A stretch of 64,000 nt of DNA from assembly GCA_965116025.1 (NCBI GenBank), contig OZ220480.1, positions 1,280,001 through 1,344,000 of the forward strand. Reading direction: 5' to 3'. The position numbers were made by a program, and so were the translations under genes. This DNA is from an uncultured candidatus Porisulfidus sp. (GTDB taxonomy: Bacteria; Pseudomonadota; Gammaproteobacteria; Poriferisulfidales; Poriferisulfidaceae). Under the pieces are notes generated by a model. The model had not been told where the DNA came from and did no database searches. It saw only the letters and a program-made list of their open reading frames with translations. Position 1 is the stretch's first letter. Every line of letters begins with the position of its first letter. Positions 30,705 through 41,306 of this stretch are shown here, one piece after another.

Positions 30705-32509
30705 TGCTTCATCCTGCGAACCGGCTCGTCCTCACCGACGTGATACGGCCGCCGGAGGCTTTCCGTCTTGAGTCGGCCATGGCCGTGACGTTCACGCTGG
30801 ATCTCCGGGCGCTTTTGTTCGCGCCTGCCGCGATGGCGTTCTCCGAATCCTCTGATATCGCTTCCGACGGTAGTTCGAGCGAGTCGGTCGAATTGCTTCA
30901 TGCCTTGCGTTCCCACGTGAGCAAAATCACCGTGTTCAGCCAGGTGGGCGAGATCGCGTTGCCTCCTTCGCGTCGAGTCTTCGCCTTCCTGGAGCGGACC
31001 GTCGTTCCGGTTGACGCGCCGCGTGGCGGGATCGTTCATCCCAAGGCGTGGGTGTTGCGGTACGAGTCTGTCGATGAGTCGGTGGATCGCTCGCGACCGG
31101 AACGGCGACTCCGCGTGCTCATCGCGAGCCGGAATCTCACGTTCGATACGAGTTGGGATACGGTGGTCCGCCTTGACGAGGTGGTGGACGGGCCCGGAGC
31201 CTCGCTGGAGTCTGTTGGAGAGCTGTTCAGGGGGCTTCTCGATACCGCGGTCGATAAGGTCTCGGCTGATCATAGTGATCGCGTGCGCTCGTTGTCGGAC
31301 GCGCTTGGGGTCGCTCGTTTCGCGTTGCCTGCGGGAGTGGACGATTTGCGGATTCACGTTTTGGGCTTGGACGACGAGCCCTCTCCACTTCCAGACACGG
31401 CTGATCGGTCGCTGATCATCTCTCCCTTCGTGAGTGATGATTTTTTCACGACGAGAGCATGTCCGCCGCCGGTGAACGAGCTCGCCAGCCGATCCGGGTC
31501 GCTTGACCAACTCAAGCCGGAAACGTTGACCAAAATAGAGAGAGGCTATGTCTTCGGTGATGAAAGCGTTCCCAATGTTGACGCGAAGAACGACGCGTCC
31601 TCCATGGATGATCCTGGTCGGCCTCTTATTGGGTTGCATGCCAAGGTCTTCGCGTTCGAGGAAAATGGCCGGGCACGCTTGTTTCTTGGTTCAGCCAACG
31701 CGACTGGCGCCGCTTTCCATCGCAACGTGGAAATCCTCGTGGAACTCAAGGGGTCCGCGACGGTATTGGGCATTGATCGGTTTTGGAGTGGAACGGAGGA
31801 TCCGGGTCTCCGCAGCTTGTTTTACGAATACGACGGATCCGACGCGCTTGATGACATTGACGAGGGCCCGTCCCTGGATCGAGCGAGACGCGAGATCGCC
31901 CGGCTACCGCTCAGGGGCTTTGTCGAGGAGAGTGGCTCCGAGTGGGCGACCACCTACCGATCAAGTCAGCCGGTGCCCAGCATCGATGGCATCAAAGAGA
32001 TGAATTGCTGGCCGCTCGCGCTGGAGGGACATCGGAAACGCGTCGTCACGGGCGAGCTTCTCCAAGCGCGTTTCGAGACTAGCCTGGAGACCATAAGTGG
32101 GTTTCTCGCCTTTGAGCTCATTGGCTCGGAAGGCGCGTTGACTCGCTTCGTTGTTCCTGTTCCGCTCATTGGCGCGCCAAGTCACCGGGAACGATTTCTT
32201 TTGCGCGCTCTCGTCGGGAACGCGGAGCGTTTTCTACGATACCTTTTGATCTTGCTGGATGAAGACCAAGCCGAACTGCGTTTCTCGATCAAGAGCCTCG
32301 GTGCTGACGGCACTTCGGATGGGAGCGTTCCCCTGAGCTTGCCGGTTTTGGAGAAAATGCTGAGGACGATGCGCCGGGACCCCGGAAAGCTTGCCGCACT
32401 GCACCCGCTCGTGTCGGATTTGGCTGATGCCAATGCGCTCCCGCCCGGTTTCGCGGAACTCTGGGAGAACGTGCATGACGTAGCGCTCGCGGAAGGAATG
32501 GGTCGATGA
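30704..32509 (+). CDS. phospholipase D-family protein (two HxK motifs), probable nuclease
   Basis: VHPKAW..IASRNL and LHAKVF..LGSANAT..RNVE; TGATG overlap with upstream gene. Confidence 0.85.
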   Translation: MLHPANRLVLTDVIRPPEAFRLESAMAVTFTLDLRALLFAPAAMAFSESSDIASDGSSSESVELLHALRSHVSKITVFSQVGEIALPPSRRVFAFLERTVVPVDAPRGGIVHPKAWVLRYESVDESVDRSRPERRLRVLIASRNLTFDTSWDTVVRLDEVVDGPGASLESVGELFRGLLDTAVDKVSADHSDRVRSLSDALGVARFALPAGVDDLRIHVLGLDDEPSPLPDTADRSLIISPFVSDDFFTTRACPPPVNELASRSGSLDQLKPETLTKIERGYVFGDESVPNVDAKNDASSMDDPGRPLIGLHAKVFAFEENGRARLFLGSANATGAAFHRNVEILVELKGSATVLGIDRFWSGTEDPGLRSLFYEYDGSDALDDIDEGPSLDRARREIARLPLRGFVEESGSEWATTYRSSQPVPSIDGIKEMNCWPLALEGHRKRVVTGELLQARFETSLETISGFLAFELIGSEGALTRFVVPVPLIGAPSHRERFLLRALVGNAERFLRYLLILLDEDQAELRFSIKSLGADGTSDGSVPLSLPVLEKMLRTMRRDPGKLAALHPLVSDLADANALPPGFAELWENVHDVALAEGMGR

Positions 32510-35500
32510 CCGCTCCAGTCGACGTTGGGAAAACGCTGTCAGATCTAAAAGTCTTTCAACGACGAACCGCGCGCTGGGCGTTCAAGCGGATGTTCGCTGA
32601 TCGGAATCCCTCTGTTCGATTCTTGATCGCCGACGAGGTTGGGCTTGGCAAGACTCACGTCGCTAAGGGCGTGATCGCGCAAGTGATCGAGCATCTCCGA
32701 CAGGCTGGCGATGAACGCCATGACATAGTCTACGTTTGCTCCAACGCGGCGATCGCGCGGCAGAATATTCGAAAGCTCGCTCCTGATGGAATTGAGCCGC
32801 TCGATAGCGTGGACCGGCTGACCATGCTCTCCGTGACAGAGTTGCGTGACAGCGATTCGAATCAGGCGGCTATCAACCTGTTGACGATTACGCCCGGGAC
32901 ATCCTTGGACTTTGGCCGTAGCACGGGAAAATTTCGAGAGCGCTGCCTGGCGTACGCTTTCTTGAGTGCCCATTGGGGGAGAGGCGTGATGACCGGGCCG
33001 GCTCGATGGATTTTCTGGCATGGCCTTAGATCCGGAGATCCCGATGAACGGTTGCGGCAGGAGGAGCGACAGTTTCGGCCGTTGATCAAGAGGTCGCTTG
33101 AGGATTTCGCCAAGCGGCTTGAGGAAACAGAGCGAGCCCGACGCGCTCAGCGTGAGTCCACCCTGCGCGCCATGTTCGAGCGGCTGGTCGATGAATTGGC
33201 TTGGAAGCGGAAGTTTCCGCATTATCTCCAGGAAGATCGGAAGGAATTGATTGGGGAGATTCGCCGCGTCATGGCGATTATTGGGATTGACGCGCTACGC
33301 CCGGATTTCGTGGTGCTGGATGAGTTTCAGAGATTCAAGGACCTGTTGCGGCCTGAGCCGGAAAACTTCGCCGCTGAGCTGGCCAGCCGGTTATTCAACT
33401 ACAAGGATCCGGCGACTGGACGTTCCACACGGACGCTGTTGCTTTCCGCGACCCCGTATCGGATGTATACCACAGACGATCAGGAAGACGGCGATCATTA
33501 TGAGGACTTCTTCGAAACCTGCTCGTTCTTGCTCCAGGATCCGACGGAAGTTGATCATCTGAAAAGCCGCTTCCATGATTTGCGCTCGGTGCTTCTCGCT
33601 CGTGGATCGATCAGCGACACCAGAAAGATTTGCGCTGATATCGGGGCGCGGTTGCGTGGCGTGATGGCGCGGACGGAGCGGCTGGCCGCTACGCCGGATC
33701 GTTCTGGAATGTTGCGCGAGCTGGGTGCTGAAGTTGCGATCAGGCCAGATGATCTTCGCGCCTATCTGAGATTTGGCGATCTGGCCCAGATGGTGAAACA
33801 TGGCGAGCCTGTTGAATATTGGAAGTCAGGGCCGTATCTCCTCAACTTCATGGAACGGTACAAACTGAAAGAGTCCGTTGTGAAATTGGCCGATGAGGGT
33901 CGATTCGATGGAGGTGATGGATTCGAGCCGGGTCCAGGAATGCTGGACTGGAACGAGATCGAGGAGTATCAGCGCGTCGATCCTCAGAACGGACGGCTCC
34001 GTTGGCTCCTTGACGATCTGGATCGTCATCGTGCGTTCGAATTGCTCTGGATTCCTCCGTCCATCCGGTATTACGATGCCGGGTCGGTGTACGAGTCGGA
34101 GGAAGCGGCCCGTTTCACGAAGCGATTGATCTTTTCTGGGTGGGCGGTTGTCCCGAAGGTAATCTCCTCGCTGGTTAGTTTCGAGGCCGAGCGTCGCGTT
34201 TTCGCCGCGCGCGAGCACGAGTATACGGCGGATTACCGACAGCGGGGTGGCCAGCGTCTCACTTTTCGGACCAGTGAGCGTGCGGCGGACGAAATCAGCC
34301 CAGGAGAGATAGCCGCGGGCCGCCGGGCGGCGGCGATGACTTCGTTTCTTCTCATTTGGCCGAGTCCAAGCCTCGCGGAACTCGGCAATCCTAGACCTCT
34401 GGTCTGGCAGGAGCGGCGCTTGGCTTCTGATGTACTCAAGAGCGTCGAGGATACAGTGAGAGAAGCTATCGAACCATTGATTCGGCTAGCGCCAAGCGTT
34501 GGAAAGGCGGACCAACGATGGTATTGGGCCGCGCCCTTGCTTCTGGATCACCGGCATCACCGGTCCGCGCTTGATTTCCTGCTTCATTCAGATATCGAAA
34601 TTCTTTGGGACGAGCAAGCGGGAAGCGGGTTTCGTGCGCACCTTGCCGAGGCGAAGGATAGGGCGCGGCGCGGTTCGGAAGGTCTCGGCCGGCCCCCCGA
34701 CGATCTCGCGAAAGTTCTCGCCGAGCTCGCGGTCGGTGGGCCAGCGCAATGCGCGTTGCGGACGCTCAGCTCGGTATCTGGGTTGTCCATTTCCGACGAT
34801 TGCGTAGTGAAGGGCGCGACATGGGTTAGTGCCGCGTTTCGGAGTTTTTTCAACGCTCCAGAGGTCACGGCTGTGATCGTTGGGGCGGAGGAAGGGGAGT
34901 CACGTTCCAGCGAACGAGTGGGCAGCTACTGGCGCGACGTTCTCCGACATTCGATCAGCGGAAACCTCCAAGCCGTTCTTGATGAGCATGCGCATGTGCT
35001 TCGCGATTGGTTAGGCTACTTGAATTTCATCGACAAAAAACACCGCGAGAAAGCAGTTGAAAACATCGCCGGGTATGTTTGGGATGCGTTGGAAATGCGG
35101 ACTTCCTCGTTTCAGGTGGATATCCCGGTTCGACGAAAGAATGACGATGGCGTGGGTTTTCGGGAGCGACGGATGCGCACCAGATTCGCGGTCGCTTTCG
35201 GCGATCAGTCTCTTGACGATGGTGGTGAAGCTCGGGTCGAGGCCGTCTCCACGGCGTTCAATTCCCCGTTTTGGCCCTTCGTGCTCATATCCACCTCAAT
35301 CGGACAAGAGGGATTGGACTTTCACCTTTGGTGCCACGCCGTCGTGCATTGGAACTTGCCCTCCAATCCGGTCGACTTGGAGCAACGCGAGGGGCGAGTC
35401 CACAGGTACAAGGGACACGCCGTTCGGCGGAATATCGCCGCGACGTTTGGGTCGGAGCTACGCGCCTGCTCGAATGGCAGGGATCCGTGGAGCGAGTTGT

Positions 35501-35769
35501 TCGCCATGGCCGCGTCCCAAGCATCCTCGACCGACGGCGAGATGGTTCCGTATTGGGTGTTCCATCAGGGGCCAGCGAGGATTGAGCGGCATGTGCCGGT
35601 GATGCCTTTCAGCAGAGAGGCGGTGACTCTGCCGCGCCTCCGCAAGGCGCTCGCGGCCTATCGCCTCGCGTTCGGGCAACCCCGCCAGGAAGAACTGGTC
35701 GAGTTTCTCGGAGCGGACCGTTCGGGCGAGGATTTGCTGGGGCTTCGTATCGATTTGTCTCCGCCGTAG
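32506..35769 (+). CDS. SF2 (SNF2-like) helicase
   Basis: IADEVGLGKT, LDEFQRF, LLSATP, STSIGQEGLDFH, LEQREGRVHRY; ATGA overlap with the PLD gene. Confidence 0.9.
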   Translation: MTAPVDVGKTLSDLKVFQRRTARWAFKRMFADRNPSVRFLIADEVGLGKTHVAKGVIAQVIEHLRQAGDERHDIVYVCSNAAIARQNIRKLAPDGIEPLDSVDRLTMLSVTELRDSDSNQAAINLLTITPGTSLDFGRSTGKFRERCLAYAFLSAHWGRGVMTGPARWIFWHGLRSGDPDERLRQEERQFRPLIKRSLEDFAKRLEETERARRAQRESTLRAMFERLVDELAWKRKFPHYLQEDRKELIGEIRRVMAIIGIDALRPDFVVLDEFQRFKDLLRPEPENFAAELASRLFNYKDPATGRSTRTLLLSATPYRMYTTDDQEDGDHYEDFFETCSFLLQDPTEVDHLKSRFHDLRSVLLARGSISDTRKICADIGARLRGVMARTERLAATPDRSGMLRELGAEVAIRPDDLRAYLRFGDLAQMVKHGEPVEYWKSGPYLLNFMERYKLKESVVKLADEGRFDGGDGFEPGPGMLDWNEIEEYQRVDPQNGRLRWLLDDLDRHRAFELLWIPPSIRYYDAGSVYESEEAARFTKRLIFSGWAVVPKVISSLVSFEAERRVFAAREHEYTADYRQRGGQRLTFRTSERAADEISPGEIAAGRRAAAMTSFLLIWPSPSLAELGNPRPLVWQERRLASDVLKSVEDTVREAIEPLIRLAPSVGKADQRWYWAAPLLLDHRHHRSALDFLLHSDIEILWDEQAGSGFRAHLAEAKDRARRGSEGLGRPPDDLAKVLAELAVGGPAQCALRTLSSVSGLSISDDCVVKGATWVSAAFRSFFNAPEVTAVIVGAEEGESRSSERVGSYWRDVLRHSISGNLQAVLDEHAHVLRDWLGYLNFIDKKHREKAVENIAGYVWDALEMRTSSFQVDIPVRRKNDDGVGFRERRMRTRFAVAFGDQSLDDGGEARVEAVSTAFNSPFWPFVLISTSIGQEGLDFHLWCHAVVHWNLPSNPVDLEQREGRVHRYKGHAVRRNIAATFGSELRACSNGRDPWSELFAMAASQASSTDGEMVPYWVFHQGPARIERHVPVMPFSREAVTLPRLRKALAAYRLAFGQPRQEELVEFLGADRSGEDLLGLRIDLSPP

Positions 35770-35849
35770 CCGCGAGCGTGGTCTCGTGGGCGCAGGTGTC
35801 CCGTGACCCGGATTCCATCGGATGGATATCGTCCCGCCCACGCCACTCT

Positions 35850-38800
35850 TCAACTTCTCGTCCGTCTCGATGATGTCGAGTTTCGGTCTGGCTCGAAAAC
35901 GAGTTCGGGCAGAACCGTTTCCCAAGCATCACACTTTATGTTGTTGTGGTATTTCGGGTCCGATGCCTCGCGGCTCCGGGTCACCACAGCGAAGACACGC
36001 GCCGATTCGCACCTCGTCCTGGGGGGAGGCGTGAATGACTTGGCGAGGCGCCCCACGGTTTGGCCGGCTTGATTCCGCAACATCCAGCTTCCGTTTTGCC
36101 CGACCCGCACGTTCAGAGGGACATCGACTGACAACGCGGCGATCACGTCATGCACTGGATCGTTAGCGCTTCGCCGTCCGGCGAATCCTAGGTCGACATC
36201 CTGAAGATCTAGTCGAACGTGACGGCGCTCAATGGCTTTGGAGCATGGCGGAAGTTTGGTGGCGTTTCGTCGAATTGTCGCGGCATGGCTGGCCAGCTCG
36301 GCCGGAAAGCTTCGGGAATCTTTGAGGTGCGCCAGCGTGAGCGTCTTCCGCGCTCGCGTCATCGCCACATAGTACAGCCGGCGTGGCGCGTCGGGGTCCT
36401 CGTCACGATTCGAGTGGTCCCAGCTACCGTCCAGCACGACCACATGATCGAATTCCAGCCCCTTGGCCCGATGCGCAGTGAGCAGTAGCAAGCCTTGTTG
36501 GCGACGGCGCATATCTTGACCCCATTCGGCCAGCCATTCGATGAAATGACTTACGGGAGTCTCTCCGTCACCGATTTCCAACGCATGCTCTTCCACGGCT
36601 TGGCGCAACAGATCATGCCAGGGGTTGGACTTCCGTCCGTTCACCCACTTCCGCAAGGACGCACCGTCGACGATTCGCGGTTCTCGTTCGCGTAGCCATT
36701 GGAGGAGCACTTGGGTTTCCCGCAGGCTCCAGAATCCCGGAATTCCTTCGTTCGCCATCTGCGCCGGGATGCTGTGCGCCTCACAGAACGCGCGCACCGG
36801 AACCAGATACTTCCACGTGCGCGCGATCACCGCGCACCGCGACCAGTCCCAATCCCGCGTCAGTTTGGAGAGACGAAGAAGCTCGGCCATGATGGCCCGC
36901 GCTTGGTAGATCGGATCTTCGCCGGCTGGCAGAATCTGAACCTTTCCGCACGAGATTGGGTCCAGCGTCGTCCATTCTCCTCCTGGCGGCTCTTTCTTTC
37001 TCGCGCGGTCGATGTGGATTGGATGCTCCGCCTTCATTCGGTTCCGCGCGGGCTTGATCATCGCGTTGGCCGCGGTCACGATGTTATCCGTTGAACGGTA
37101 GTTGGCGGTCAGATAGACAGGCTTCGGTCCGTAATCGGCCTCGAAACGTCGGATGAATTCCACCGACGCGCCACTGAAAGCGTAGATGTTTTGGTCGTCG
37201 TCGCCGACGGCGAATAGAGTGAGTTTGCCTGACTCGTCTTCCAGCGTCCGGCCCGCGAGAGCCGATATCAGTTCGTACTGCTCTGGGCCAACATCTTGGT
37301 ATTCGTCCACGAGTATCCATCGAAATCCCGCGAGCAGGCGTCCGCGACGCTCGTCCGCTTCTTCTGGTGACAATTTCTCTCCGCGGAGTAACGCGACCGC
37401 GCGGCGCATCACGTTCCGGAACGCCTCCTCATCCGGTCGCTCCGACTGGCCAGCGAAACTCGCGCCCGCCAAGCGCATGGCGAGCGCGTGGCAGGTGAGC
37501 ACCGTCACGCCGCGCGCATCGCTGCCGATCAAATCTCCAAGTCGGCGGCGGATATCGACGGCGGCATGGCGATTGTAAGCGAGGGCGAGAATGCCGCGAG
37601 CGTTTTCTCTCCTGGCTCGGATTAGCCAAGCGATGCGGTGCACCAGCACGCGCGTTTTTCCAGAGCCGGGGCCCGCGAGCACCAGCACGTTGATTCGTTC
37701 TCGCTCATCGGCCACGATGCGTTGCTGAATCGGATTCCGCAGATTCTCGACGATATCCCGCCAGGACGCGGGCGTTGTCTGCCGACCGATTTCCCGATCC
37801 CGACCTGGCAACCAGCGAGCGAGAAACTCGTCTTCCTTGAGAGCGAAATAGTCCATCGCCAGACGTAGCGCGTCGCTCATGGCGGCGAGGCCGCGCTCGG
37901 CGAACTCCACCATGACGTGGATCTGTAGCACTTGGCCCTTGTAGTGAAGGGCGAGGGGTTTGAAGTCCGCATTGGAATAACCACGCTTGTCCCGGCGCTC
38001 CAGCCTAATCGTCATCGCCGGACGGAATACCGCGAGGCCTTTGTTGAGGCGGATGACCTCTTGCTCGTGGAGCCACAGCAGGGCGCGATCAAGCAATTTC
38101 TCTGGGTATCGGACCATGCTTTTGAGGGTCAGGTCAGCTGTGATCGTTCGCAGGAGGTTCCCGATCGTGGTTTCGGCCAGCAAATCGGTTCCACGGCTTT
38201 TTGGCGGCAGACAATCCAGCAGATGGTCCAGCAAACGACTGGCCGCGTCGCGGCGCAGGCTAGCGATCTTGTCCAGCGCGCTCCATTCGCGATTCAGCGT
38301 GACCCACGCGGTCTCCGCGTCCCGCTTGCGGACCGTCAGGCTACCCGCTGTTCCATCCTCTCCGCGTCCGTCATAAGCGATGCTCCGGATAATGCGAAGC
38401 AGCCGTTCTGGAAGGGGGTCGACCAAACCTTGGTCCCGTAGAGTTTGAGCGGCGATTCGTAGATGAATGGATGACCCGTTCCCCTTGTCTAAGTCGGGAG
38501 CGGCCTCCCGCATATGGGCGATAAGGGCGGTCTCCAGTTCGCTCGCCTCCGCGAGACGCTTTCGCGATGAGCGTTCCACTCCGTCATGGACGAACGCGGT
38601 CAACGCCGTATCGTTGCTTGCGATGCTGAGACGTTCCAGATCGTACAGGGCGGCGCGCACGGCTTCGGGGCTTAATCCCGATACCTCCATCAGCTCGTCC
38701 GTGCTCACGCCTTCGTCAGCTTTCGCGTTGATCAGAGCGTCCGCGATGCGCAATAACTTCCCGCGGGAAGAATCCGTGAGCTTGGCTTTGGCGAGCCGTC

Positions 38801-41036
38801 GCTCGGCCTCATCTATAGAGCTCACCAGCAATGAGGACGGAAACACCTGCACGACATTCTCCTCTCTGGAGAGAAGCTGGGAATCTTCCAGCCACGAGAC
38901 GGCGGTGCGCACCCGTGTGTCATCCGTCGCGGAATCGCGCTCGAAGGCTTTTTCCTCGTCCTCACCGAGGATTTCCCCCGCGGTCGCCACCACCTCGCCC
39001 CCGAAACGTTTTTTGCGGTCGAGGTTGCGCAAGGCTCTCAAGATTCCATGAATCTCCTGGCGGGTGAGGCGTGATCGCGCAGACATGCCGAACTGGCGCT
39101 CGACATCGTCCCTCTCATAGAGAAGAACGCAATGCGCCAAGTCGCGATCACGTCCGGCGCGCCCGGCTTCCTGCAAATAATTTTCCAGAGAGCCGGGTAT
39201 GTCGGCGTGGATTACCAGCCGTACGTCCGGCTTGTCGATTCCCATGCCGAAGGCGTTGGTGGCCGCGATGACGCGCAGATCGCCATCAATGAAACTCCTT
39301 TGCACGTCTTTCTTGGTCTCAGGAGTAAGGCCCGCGTGGTATCGATCCGCGGCAACCTTCCTCATCTGGAGATATTCCGCTATTTCCTCGCTTCCCTGTC
39401 GCGTCGCGCAGTAGATAATCACGCCGCCAGACTTGTCAGATGGCAGATGGGAGGTCAGGACCTGCAAGATATCCGAGAATTTTTCCGCGCCCGTAGTCGG
39501 GATCACCTCGAAAACGAGATTCGCGCGCTCGGTTCCGCCGTTGAACACGGTCATCTCAATGCCGAGACTATCCCGAAAATGCCGGACGACATCTTCGATG
39601 ACATCGGGCTTCGCGGTCGCGGTCAGGCACAAGATCGGGGGCATGGGACCGTCTCCCGTCCTCTCGCGGATAAAGCGCCCGATATAGCGATAGTCAGGCC
39701 GAAAATCGTGCCCCCAGCGCGACAGGCAATGCGCCTCGTCCAACACCCAGGTTCCGATTTCGCGCTGGCTCAGCGCCCGCTTCAGAGAGCGGGAGCGCAA
39801 TTGCTCCGGAGAGATCAGCAGGATGCCAGCGTCTCCCATCCGGACTCGGTCCAAGGCGTTCGAGCGCTCCGGCATGGATAGCAACCCGTTGACCGTTACG
39901 CAACAGTTGACGCCGCGTCGCTCCAGTCCCGCCACTTGGTCCGCCATCAGCGCGACCAGTGGCGATATCACGACCGTCAGCGCTCCGGTTTTATCGTAGC
40001 GTGAAAGCGCGGGAATCTGGTAGCAAAGCGATTTTCCGGTGCCGGTGGGAAGAATCCCGAACGCGTGGCGTCCCGCCATCGTCTCCTCAACGATGGCCTG
40101 CTGCATGGATTTGCCACCCTCGCATGCTGGCTCGGGGCGAAAGCTGTCATAACCGAACCAGCGTTTCAGCTCTTTGCCCGCGTCATGCCGCTTTCGGCAC
40201 CAGCCGCATGCCGGGTCGCAGCAAGCGATGTCCCTGAGGCGACGTACCAGATTCCCGGCCTCTGGAAACTGATGGCGAACCCAAGGCGGCATGACGGAAT
40301 TTCCGCCCGCTACCGATAGCCACGCCAGCGCATAAGCCAGCGCCCAGTTGAATTTCGCCGCGTCCTCCACGATGTCGCGCGTCTGGGGCGCGCAGGCTGA
40401 TCGCTCAAGTATCCTTCTGATCGTCGCGATGGCTTCCGCTTCCGACGGTCGATCAGCTTGCCGAATCTCTCGGAAGAACTCGTCCAGAGCGAGGTCGATG
40501 CCCATGCGCTCTGGAGTGCACAACCAATGCCACGCGGCGAGCAAGTCCGACGGAGCTCTCGCCAAAGCTTCTCGTTCATCATTGAAGAGTTTCAGAGCTA
40601 TGCCGGAATCGAGTTCAGGGTCATTCACCTGGCTACGCTTGAGTCCTCCGTCTTGGTAATGCTTGACGAGACTGTGATAGGGATTGCGAGGAAAGGCAAG
40701 CGGGCTTAGACGAAGCGTATCCACCACTGGCAGTTTCAGCAACCGGAGGTCTGGATTCGCGGCCACCAAGTGGGGCAGGTCGAACTTGATCAGGTTGTGT
40801 CCCAGCAAGAAGGCCGCGCCTTTGGCAAAGTCGTCAAGGCGTGCCAAGGCGGAGGATAATCCGCTACCGGAATGCGTCAGACTACGGTCAGTGTCTGGAC
40901 GTACCGCCCCGAAGGCATGAATGCGTTTGTTCTTGCCGACTTCAAGGTCGAGAGAAACGCAATACGGCTGGAAGGAGAGCCCAGCCCATGGGCTGGCTGT
41001 TCCGTTTTTCATGCCACGTCCGGATTTGGCTTTCAA
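35850..41036 (-). CDS. exonuclease-like + RecQ helicase + UvrD helicase fusion
   Basis: SLDLEV..GHNLIKFD..VDTL (DEDD-like); PTGTGKS, DEAHCLSRWGHDFRPDY, QEAGRAGRD (RecQ); AGPGSGKT, VDEYQD, VGDDDQNIY, AKGLEFD, YVAMTRAR (UvrD). Start may be ATG 41012. Confidence 0.9.
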   Translation of the reverse strand: MKAKSGRGMKNGTASPWAGLSFQPYCVSLDLEVGKNKRIHAFGAVRPDTDRSLTHSGSGLSSALARLDDFAKGAAFLLGHNLIKFDLPHLVAANPDLRLLKLPVVDTLRLSPLAFPRNPYHSLVKHYQDGGLKRSQVNDPELDSGIALKLFNDEREALARAPSDLLAAWHWLCTPERMGIDLALDEFFREIRQADRPSEAEAIATIRRILERSACAPQTRDIVEDAAKFNWALAYALAWLSVAGGNSVMPPWVRHQFPEAGNLVRRLRDIACCDPACGWCRKRHDAGKELKRWFGYDSFRPEPACEGGKSMQQAIVEETMAGRHAFGILPTGTGKSLCYQIPALSRYDKTGALTVVISPLVALMADQVAGLERRGVNCCVTVNGLLSMPERSNALDRVRMGDAGILLISPEQLRSRSLKRALSQREIGTWVLDEAHCLSRWGHDFRPDYRYIGRFIRERTGDGPMPPILCLTATAKPDVIEDVVRHFRDSLGIEMTVFNGGTERANLVFEVIPTTGAEKFSDILQVLTSHLPSDKSGGVIIYCATRQGSEEIAEYLQMRKVAADRYHAGLTPETKKDVQRSFIDGDLRVIAATNAFGMGIDKPDVRLVIHADIPGSLENYLQEAGRAGRDRDLAHCVLLYERDDVERQFGMSARSRLTRQEIHGILRALRNLDRKKRFGGEVVATAGEILGEDEEKAFERDSATDDTRVRTAVSWLEDSQLLSREENVVQVFPSSLLVSSIDEAERRLAKAKLTDSSRGKLLRIADALINAKADEGVSTDELMEVSGLSPEAVRAALYDLERLSIASNDTALTAFVHDGVERSSRKRLAEASELETALIAHMREAAPDLDKGNGSSIHLRIAAQTLRDQGLVDPLPERLLRIIRSIAYDGRGEDGTAGSLTVRKRDAETAWVTLNREWSALDKIASLRRDAASRLLDHLLDCLPPKSRGTDLLAETTIGNLLRTITADLTLKSMVRYPEKLLDRALLWLHEQEVIRLNKGLAVFRPAMTIRLERRDKRGYSNADFKPLALHYKGQVLQIHVMVEFAERGLAAMSDALRLAMDYFALKEDEFLARWLPGRDREIGRQTTPASWRDIVENLRNPIQQRIVADERERINVLVLAGPGSGKTRVLVHRIAWLIRARRENARGILALAYNRHAAVDIRRRLGDLIGSDARGVTVLTCHALAMRLAGASFAGQSERPDEEAFRNVMRRAVALLRGEKLSPEEADERRGRLLAGFRWILVDEYQDVGPEQYELISALAGRTLEDESGKLTLFAVGDDDQNIYAFSGASVEFIRRFEADYGPKPVYLTANYRSTDNIVTAANAMIKPARNRMKAEHPIHIDRARKKEPPGGEWTTLDPISCGKVQILPAGEDPIYQARAIMAELLRLSKLTRDWDWSRCAVIARTWKYLVPVRAFCEAHSIPAQMANEGIPGFWSLRETQVLLQWLREREPRIVDGASLRKWVNGRKSNPWHDLLRQAVEEHALEIGDGETPVSHFIEWLAEWGQDMRRRQQGLLLLTAHRAKGLEFDHVVVLDGSWDHSNRDEDPDAPRRLYYVAMTRARKTLTLAHLKDSRSFPAELASHAATIRRNATKLPPCSKAIERRHVRLDLQDVDLGFAGRRSANDPVHDVIAALSVDVPLNVRVGQNGSWMLRNQAGQTVGRLAKSFTPPPRTRCESARVFAVVTRSREASDPKYHNNIKCDAWETVLPELVFEPDRNSTSSRRTRS

Positions 41037-41306
41037 TGTTTCAATGTTGAATTCGCGCAGAGTCCATTTCTATTATCCTCAATCACCGATTAGCTTTCCA
41101 TGGCAGTGCTGGGTCGCATTCATGGTCACTATTTTCCGGGAAATAATTTTGCAGGTTAATCCTTCGCTGGCATCATGCTTCCTTGAATGCAGATGGGCAC
41201 AGAATTCGGAATGAGCGAGGGAATTTGTGCAGAGAGAATGTTGTTCGTTGCTATTGCTGGTAGTGATGCAACTGTTGGTTAACATTTTGGCAGTCCAGAG
41301 CAGCAG

